Shown piece by piece: positions 57,174 through 64,000 of a stretch of 64,000 nt of DNA. The translations under genes were made by a program, and so were the position numbers. The DNA comes from Malassezia furfur (Eukaryota), in assembly GCA_052055015.1 (NCBI GenBank), contig JBQJIT010000006.1, one strand, 5' to 3'. The first letter of the stretch is position 1, and each line of letters begins with the position of its first letter. The notes beneath the pieces are model-generated. The model was not told where the DNA came from and made no database searches. It was given only the letters and a program-made list of their open reading frames with translations.

Positions 57174-57475
57174 GGCCGCGTTGGACGATGTGGATCGTGC
57201 AAGCTAATGGCGCGCTTTTAAGCTCGGTCGTATTTTACGCCTTTGTGTCGCGTGCTTCTCAACCGATTCGCCGCGCCAAAAAAAAAAGCAGCTACGCGTC
57301 GGATTGCATACCTGCCAAGAGCTTAGCATAGGCTGTGATCAAGGAAAAAAGCCGCGCAGTCACAAGCCATTGGCCTGGACAAGCCGCCCGTGGATCATGA
57401 TGTTGTACCACATCCCGTCTGTGCCGACGAAGTTGTACCTTCCTGCTGTAAGCGGCAATATGCCGCAGCCGACCC

Positions 57476-57480
57476 AAAAA

Positions 57481-57514
<34 letters not shown>
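57476..57514. repeat. Poly(dA:dT) tract A5-C-A33
   Basis: Read directly from the sequence. Confidence 0.95.
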
Positions 57515-57518
<4 letters not shown>

Positions 57519-57570
57519 CATCAGGTCATGAAGCCCCACCCAGGCGTCGCCATACCCGCCCGGTCACCGC

Positions 57571-58206
57571 TCAATATGCGCTCGAGGGGTGTGCCGCACG
57601 CATACCGCTCGAGCCGCCCGGTGTCGTGCGCGACATGTGGCCGGACTGGCTACCAGTCGAAGACGAGTTGCTCGAGTGGCCAGTAGCGTACGGCTTGACG
57701 GACGAGGAAGAGAGCGGCATAGCTCCTGACGGCCCGCCAGGCATCGCTCCGTCCGGGCCCGAACCATCGCAGGGCGCATCGGGGTCGCCACCGTCCAAGG
57801 GAACCGACTGGCCGTCCGGACCGATGCCGACACCGGCACCAGGAATCACTCCGACACCGCCCATACCGTCGCCAAGGCAGTCGGCCGGTCCGTTGATGAC
57901 CGTGATGGGCTGGCACTTGACTGAGTTGCCCGCCTTGTCAGTGACGCGCACGGTGAACTTCTGGCCCTTTTGGAGCTGCGGCTTCCAGGTTAAACGCATG
58001 GCCGACGTCTTCTGCGGCGCATGAACCCCCTGGTTGCCGCCTTCCGGGACAATTTCGCAGTGGTACGGGCCTTCGCCGCCGCTCCAGGAGACATCAAAGG
58101 GCTGACACTGCGACACTGAGGAAGGGGCGTCGATCTTCAAACTCGTTTTGGCGGCGGCGGCGAGCACGGAAAGTGCGACAAGAACAGAAAACGCTTTGGT
58201 GTACAT
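57571..58206 (-). CDS. Secreted paralog of the 54212-54925 protein, without a GPI tail
   Basis: Signal peptide, then IDAPSSVSQCQPFDVSWSGGEGPY...TW...GQKFTVRVTDKAG...PADC; hydrophilic C-terminus. Confidence 0.78.
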   Translation of the reverse strand: MYTKAFSVLVALSVLAAAAKTSLKIDAPSSVSQCQPFDVSWSGGEGPYHCEIVPEGGNQGVHAPQKTSAMRLTWKPQLQKGQKFTVRVTDKAGNSVKCQPITVINGPADCLGDGMGGVGVIPGAGVGIGPDGQSVPLDGGDPDAPCDGSGPDGAMPGGPSGAMPLSSSSVKPYATGHSSNSSSTGSQSGHMSRTTPGGSSGMRAAHPSSAY

Positions 58207-58602
58207 AACTGGGAAGAGGAGGGTAGTGCTACGTACGACGACATGGCGCGCTTTTTGAGGCTGGCCGCGCCGCGCCCTTGTGTCGTAGACGTGCACGGCC
58301 TGTTCGAGCGCGGAGTCGAAGCTGTGTCTAGCAATAAGGTTATTGGACACGCTCGGTTGGATCTCTCGCGGCCTGTGCGCCAATCGGCCCCACGCGCGAA
58401 TCGGCCCTGCCGCGTGGTGCACAGAGGCCGTGGGGGTGCGAACGGACCGTTGGGCCGCGCTAGGGCCGCGCGCGCTGTGCCGCCGTGAGTTAGGGCGTGT
58501 GCCTGTCTGCACCCTCGACGATGCGCATGGGCCAGGCTCGCAGAGGTTCTGTATGTTTCGGATCCGGATAGGTATGGCATTATGGTAACAAAGACCGACT
58601 AT

Positions 58603-60621
58603 TTAGAGCTCGTCATGGTAGTTGGGCTCCTCGTCGCCGCTGCTGCCCGCCGCACCGCTGTCCTGGTACACCTTGGCAGTGATGGGCGTCACGGCGCTCT
58701 GGAGCTCAGAGATCTGCTCCTCAATGTCCTGCGCCTCGGCGTTCTCGCCGTTCTCCTCAAGCCACTTGTCAGCGTCCTTGAGGTGCTGCTGGATGGTCTC
58801 CTTGTCCTCCTTGCTCAGCTTACCGCCCAGGCCCTCCTTGTCGGTGATCTGGGTGCGGAGCGTCGAGACAAAGTTTTGGTAGTTGTTGAGCGCCTCAACG
58901 CGACGGCGCACCGCCTCGTCCTGCTCAGCGTACTCCTCGGCCTCCTGCACCATGCGGTCGATCTCCTCCTTGCTCAGACGACCCTTGTCGTTGGTGATGG
59001 TGATCGACTCGCTGCGGCCAGTACCCTTGTCCGCGGCCGACACCTTCATGATGCCGTTCGCGTCAATCTCGAACGTGACCTCGATTTGCGGCACACCACG
59101 CGGCGCGGGAGGAATGTTGTTCAGCTCGAACTTGCCGAGCATGTTGTTGTCGCGCGTCATGGAGCGCTCACCTTCGTACACCTGGATCATGACCGTGTTC
59201 TGGTTGTCGGCGGCCGTCGAGAAGATCTGGCTCTTCTTGGTGGGCACAACCGTGTTGCGGGGGATCAGCTTGGTCATCACACCGCCCGTCGTCTCGATAC
59301 CGAGCGTGAGCGGGTTGACGTCGATCAGCACCACACCGCCAAGCGACTCGTCGCCGCTGAGCACACCACCCTGGACGGCGGCACCCCAGGCGACGGCCTC
59401 GTCGGGGTTGATGCCTTTGGACGGTTCCTTGCCGTTGAAGAAGTCCTTGAGCATCTGCTGCACCTTGGGGATACGCGTAGAACCACCCACAAGCACCACG
59501 TCGTCCACCTCGTCCTTCTTCACGCCAGCGTCCTTGAGCACCTGCTCGACGGGCTTGAGCGTGCGGCGGAAGAGATCGGCGTTGAGCTCCTCGAACTTGG
59601 CGCGGGTGAGCGTCTCCGAGAGGTCCTGGCCGTCGAAGAAGCTCTCGATCTCAATCTTGGTGCTCATCTGGCTCGAGAGCGTGCGCTTGGCGCGCTCGAC
59701 CTCGCGCTTGAGCTTACCGACGCTGCGCTTGTTGCTCGCGGCGTCGAGACCCGTCTTCTTCTTGAACTGCTTGAGCATGTACTCCGAAACGCGGTTGTCA
59801 AAGTCCTCACCACCCAGGTGCGTGTCACCAGCGGTCGCCAGCACCTCAAACACACCCGAGTCGATCGACAGGAGCGACACATCGAAGGTACCACCACCGA
59901 GGTCGTACACGACAATCTGCGACTCGCCGTCCTTCTTGTCGAGACCGTAGGCGATCGCGGCAGCGGTCGGCTCGTTAACAATACGGAGCACCTCGAGACC
60001 CGCAATGGTACCGGCATCCTTGGTCGCCGTGCGCTGCGCATCGTTGAAGTAGGCAGGCACCGTCACGACGGCGTGCGACACCTTGTGGCCCAGGTAGGCC
60101 TCGGCGGTCTCCTTCATCTTTTGCAGGATCATGGCGCTGATCTCCTCGGGAGTGAAGACCTTCTTCTCGCCGTTCACCTCAACCTGGATCGCGGGCTTGC
60201 CCTTCTTCTCGACGAGCTTGAAGGGGAAGTGCTTGATGTCCTTCTTGACATCCGCCTCACCCCACTTGCGACCAATCAGACGCTTGGCGTCAAAGATGGT
60301 GTTGTCGGGGTTCTGCGAAGCCTGGTTCTTGGCGGCATCACCAATCAGACGCTCGCCATCCTTGGTGAAGGCCACGTACGAGGGCGTGATACGGTTGCCC
60401 TGGTCGTTCGCGATGATCTCCACGCGACCACCGCGCTGGACACCCACACAAGAGTAGGTCGTACCCAAGTCGATACCAATCACCGTGCCATAGTCGCTGC
60501 GCTTGTCCTGTGCGGCCACACCCGTGCCCCCGTAGGGAGCAGAGAGCAGGAGCGACACAGACAGCAGAGACAGGAGCGCAAACACCACACTAAGCAGTGC
60601 CGGCTTTACTTGCAAGAGCAT
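58603..60621 (-). CDS. KAR2: ER Hsp70 BiP
   Basis: Signal peptide, [11 protein letters not shown], Hsp70 signatures, C-terminal HDEL. Confidence 0.98.
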   Translation of the reverse strand: MLLQVKPALLSVVFALLSLLSVSLLLSAPYGGTGVAAQDKRSDYGTVIGIDLGTTYSCVGVQRGGRVEIIANDQGNRITPSYVAFTKDGERLIGDAAKNQASQNPDNTIFDAKRLIGRKWGEADVKKDIKHFPFKLVEKKGKPAIQVEVNGEKKVFTPEEISAMILQKMKETAEAYLGHKVSHAVVTVPAYFNDAQRTATKDAGTIAGLEVLRIVNEPTAAAIAYGLDKKDGESQIVVYDLGGGTFDVSLLSIDSGVFEVLATAGDTHLGGEDFDNRVSEYMLKQFKKKTGLDAASNKRSVGKLKREVERAKRTLSSQMSTKIEIESFFDGQDLSETLTRAKFEELNADLFRRTLKPVEQVLKDAGVKKDEVDDVVLVGGSTRIPKVQQMLKDFFNGKEPSKGINPDEAVAWGAAVQGGVLSGDESLGGVVLIDVNPLTLGIETTGGVMTKLIPRNTVVPTKKSQIFSTAADNQNTVMIQVYEGERSMTRDNNMLGKFELNNIPPAPRGVPQIEVTFEIDANGIMKVSAADKGTGRSESITITNDKGRLSKEEIDRMVQEAEEYAEQDEAVRRRVEALNNYQNFVSTLRTQITDKEGLGGKLSKEDKETIQQHLKDADKWLEENGENAEAQDIEEQISELQSAVTPITAKVYQDSGAAGSSGDEEPNYHDEL

Positions 60622-60833
60622 GGTTGGAACTTTGAATGTCGGTTCGTAGCGCGGGGGAGTCTGGCAATTATATGCTCAATGGGGAAGCGTCCTGTACGCC
60701 GCGTGCGCTGGCCTTCCACGTCGCCACACGCGCAGCCTGCAGCCACAACACGTAATCTTCCAGCTTCCACGGTGTTCTCCTGTTGTGATGACAGAGGATG
60801 AGGTAAGCAACACCACCGCGCACGATCCACCCC

Positions 60834-61633
60834 ATGGCATCGCGGCTGCTGGACCAGTCGCTCGCGGACGTGCGCCGCGAACGGAGAGCCTCGGGCGGTA
60901 GCGCTCGCGCCGCGCCATACGAGGTATGCGTTGATGTGATCGACTGACCATACAGCGTCTACAGCGTGCTTCCGATGACACGTGGAAGCACGACAAGTTT
61001 ACAGAGCGACGCGGCGCGCCGCGTCACGGCCCTCCGTCGGCGTCGCACGCAGACCAGGTCGCAACGAAGGTGGCCATCGATGGGCTGCACTACGAGGTGT
61101 CCGAGCAGGAGCTGAGGGTACGTACACACTTATTGTGTAGCTGACGCCAGGACCTGTTCAGCCAGGTGGGGCCCGTCGCCAAGGGACCCTCGATCAAGGT
61201 ACGCACCGTGCCTCTTACACCAGTTCGACGCATCGGGGAGATCAACTGGATCCGCCATGGTGTGGTACCACTCTGAGGAGGATGCCCAAGCCGCCGTGGA
61301 CGAGTTCGATGGTGCCAAAGCCAAGGGCGAAACGATCCAAGTCAAGGTGCTTGGAACGACGCGTCTAAACCCTGGTCCGTCCAAAAAGGGTACAGCAGGC
61401 CGCACCCCGTCCCTCGCAGACCGTCTTGCTGGGACTGCGCCGCAACCCAAACACAAAGTGCCCACGTCGAAACCGCGGGGCGCGCGCCGCGAGCGGAACG
61501 CACGCCGTGCGCCGGCGTCGGCAGCGGATTTGGATGCAGAGCTGGACGCGTTTATGAATGCGCCGGCTGCACAGCCGGACCAAGGGGTATGTCCTGCATT
61601 GCTGATCAACAGGAAGTGGCTATGGAAGAGTAA
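60834..61633 (+). CDS. YRA1: mRNA export adaptor of the Yra1/ALY family; introns 60924-60955, 61118-61150, 61199-61223, 61587-61612
   Basis: LLDQSLAD N-box, WKHDKF, RRM (IDGLHYEVSEQELR|DLF...FDASGRSTGSA), ADLDAELDAFM C-box. Confidence 0.8.
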
Positions 61634-64000
61634 TTAGGCCCCCTCCAGCTCCATTAGCGCCTCGCGGTCGCGCCGTTTCTTTACCAGCCCGTACTCGCGC
61701 GAAACCTGTGTTGTATTCATCCATCCCTCGGGAACAAAGTCGGCGATCTGGCATGAGCATAGCGAGTACGTACGCGTTTGTACAGTGCCTTGCGCGCATT
61801 AATCTCGCTGTAGGTCTCGGGTGAATTCTCGAGCTTCAGTTTCTCGTTCCGGATCTCGCTCATCGCATTCTCGACGGTGACGATGGTAAAGAGCTCGTCG
61901 CGCATCTCGTCGGTCCATCGGAACCGCTTCGCATGGTCTGTGGTAAGTGATGACACCTACCGTCGTTCGCGCCTGTCCCGTCCTCCTTCTCGGTGAGATC
62001 GACTTCGCGGTCGTCGTCGTCTTTTTCGTCGTCGTCGTCCTTTTCGTCGTCATCGGAGCCAGAAACCGACGCATTCGACGCATTCGTAGTGTTCTCAAAC
62101 GAGGTCTCCGACTTGTTCTCCTCGGGTGCTTTCTGTCGGCCCTTTTCTGAAGCCGCATACTCGGCGGCCTGCTGGGGGAACGAGTCCTGGATGAGCTTGT
62201 ACAGGACATCGAGCTGCTCCTCCTGCAGTTCGCGGTAGTATTCCATGTGTTTGTGGAAGAACTCGCGCTTGGTCAATTTCTAGGGTCAGCATCACACGGA
62301 AAACAGGCGTACCATCATAGTGAACCGATTGTACGGGAAAATGGACGGCAAGTAGTTGAAAAAATTGTCGTTGTACTCATCCAGCTCGACAGCCAGCTTC
62401 GCCGTATCGATCAGCGGAGGTTTGAGCTCGGGAGGGAACTTGGTCTTAACCGCAAAGCTTGCCCGCTGAACCAGGGTCTTGAGATGATCGAACATCGCTT
62501 GCAGCTGGGGATGGACGGGACGGGTAGGATACTTGTTCTTCTTCTTGTCCGCCTTGTCCGTAGACGAGCTGGGTACTGGTTGCGTCGGAGTCGCTTCCCG
62601 ATGCTGGCTCGGCTCCTGGGGGGCGGGGGGGGCGACACTGGTTTCTTTGTCTGGCTCAGCCTGCGGCGTCGGTGTCGCTTGGTCAGACGGCGTTGGCCCC
62701 TCCTCGCTGGTCTTGGGTTTCGGTGCCGGCGGTGCGATACTTTGGCTCTTGCGCGACGCTGCACGCTTGGCCAAGAGCTTGTTGGTCTGGCGCGCATAGC
62801 CAGACCAGCCACCACCCATACCCGACCCGTTGATGCTCGAGCGGAACGCCGATGCAGACCGGGAAGCGAGTTGGTTCGACTTGGCACGGGCCAATTCAAC
62901 AGGGCCCAAAGCCACATAGAACCCGTCGGAGCGCGTCTTGACAATGTGCGTGGGCTCGTCCAGACCTAGCTCAGAGTCGTCCACAAAGGGGTCCTTGGTA
63001 TCGTATGAGCCCACGTCGTATTCGTCCACACGCCGCTTGCGTTGGGGGCCGCCACTGCTTTGCGGCGGGTATTTCTGCAAAAGCTTGGCAAGGTCGCCCA
63101 GATCCTCGAGCTCTTGCTGAGAGAGGCCCACGCTTTGATAACTTGAATGCGACATTTCGGATTCCAAGTAGGTCGAGCGGTACCATGCAGCCCACTTGGG
63201 ATATTTGGATTCCAGCCGTTCGACCGACAGCTTTGGAATGGACGCGATATAGTCGCTCTTGCTAAGACTGCCTGGATGAATGTCAACTTGGAGCCGGATG
63301 GTCGGCCGGGGGAGCGTCGTCGGCGTTGCATCGTCCTCGTCCTCGTCAGGACTGGGACTACGAGGTCGCTTGCGCGACACTGCATCCGGTTCCTTCTCGT
63401 GCTTCTCAGGCTCGTCTTCTTCCATCCTTTCAGGCGCACCACTGCCTTGTTTGGACTCGTCACTGCGCACTTCCGACGACCGCGTCGCGGCCGGCTGTGA
63501 TGACGACACGGTGTCAGAGGCGGTGGATGATGTCTGCTCTGCGTTCGGTTTAACAGATGACGTCTCGGATTCCTTTGATGCCGAGCTCAGGGGAGTAGTT
63601 TGTAGTGCGACGCGACGTGGCTTGCCACGCTCATGTGAGGATTTCGGACGCTCCTGGGTATTAGAACCGCGCACTGGTTCAACTTCGCCCGTTCTTGGCT
63701 TGGGTGAGCTAGCTTTCGATGCCTTTTCGCCTCCCGTTTCCCCTGTCTCGTGTTCTGCAGACGGAAGCGGCGTATCGATGGATGGAGTTGGCTCCGTATC
63801 CCTGAATGGCTCCTCTCTCACCCGTGTAGGCTCTGAAAGCATCGCAGGCTGCTCACCTGGCATACTTCCTTGTGGTTCCTCGGACTCGGGCCGGCTCGGT
63901 TCACTTCGGGGCGCCGGCAGACTGGCTGGAGCACGCGTCAGGTTGCTCTCAGTATGTGGCCCGTTGACCTGGGTAGGCGGGCTGTCATCAATGGGGAATA
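61634..64000 (-). CDS. HPC2: Hpc2/ubinuclein subunit of the HIR complex (start at 63863 or upstream, possibly outside the window); introns 62280-62312, 61938-61960, 61748-61773
   Basis: HRD motif YDTKDPFVDDSE...GFYVALG; KFPPELKP...FFNYLPSIFPYNRFTM; last exon IADFVPEGWMNTTQVSREY. Confidence 0.8.

Noticed and set aside
60715..60760. UPRE-like CCACGTC / ACACGT upstream of KAR2
   Set aside because: Plausible and expected for BiP, but too short to support as a feature

Overview
Eukaryotic, extremely gene-dense, mostly GC-rich fungal DNA. Protein sequences, compactness and tiny introns point to a basidiomycete yeast, most likely Malassezia (inference). About 41 protein-coding genes, nearly all housekeeping: PRP6, SCO1, RQC1, HEM15, LOS1, CAP1, DER1, PET127, RPL6, MET7, TAM41, BST1, RCN1, LOT5, RPL36, eIF3e, NDUFAF7, RPA49, ARF1, choline oxidase, ADE2, MIM1, TMA46, SEC6, YND1, RAS1, PEX10, KAR2, YRA1, HPC2 and others. 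Gene models were rebuilt by hand and need about 41 GT-AG introns; 36 are only 21-35 nt, and the shortest is 21 nt. Main observations: (1) a micro-intron architecture with no polypyrimidine tract; (2) a single ORF fusing BST1/PGAP1 to a Vma22/CCDC115 domain; (3) a four-copy ~42-aa repeat in front of the Tam41 domain; (4) a multi-hairpin putative ncRNA with an Sm-like site, plus a second H/ACA-like candidate; (5) a divergent Rec114-like meiotic gene; (6) a prothymosin-like acidic protein; (7) convergent genes with abutting or overlapping stop codons, and divergent start codons only ~50-60 bp apart, with a recurrent TCACGTG promoter motif. No transposon, tRNA, rRNA or CRISPR was recognised. All homology calls come from motif recognition by eye; no database searches were run.
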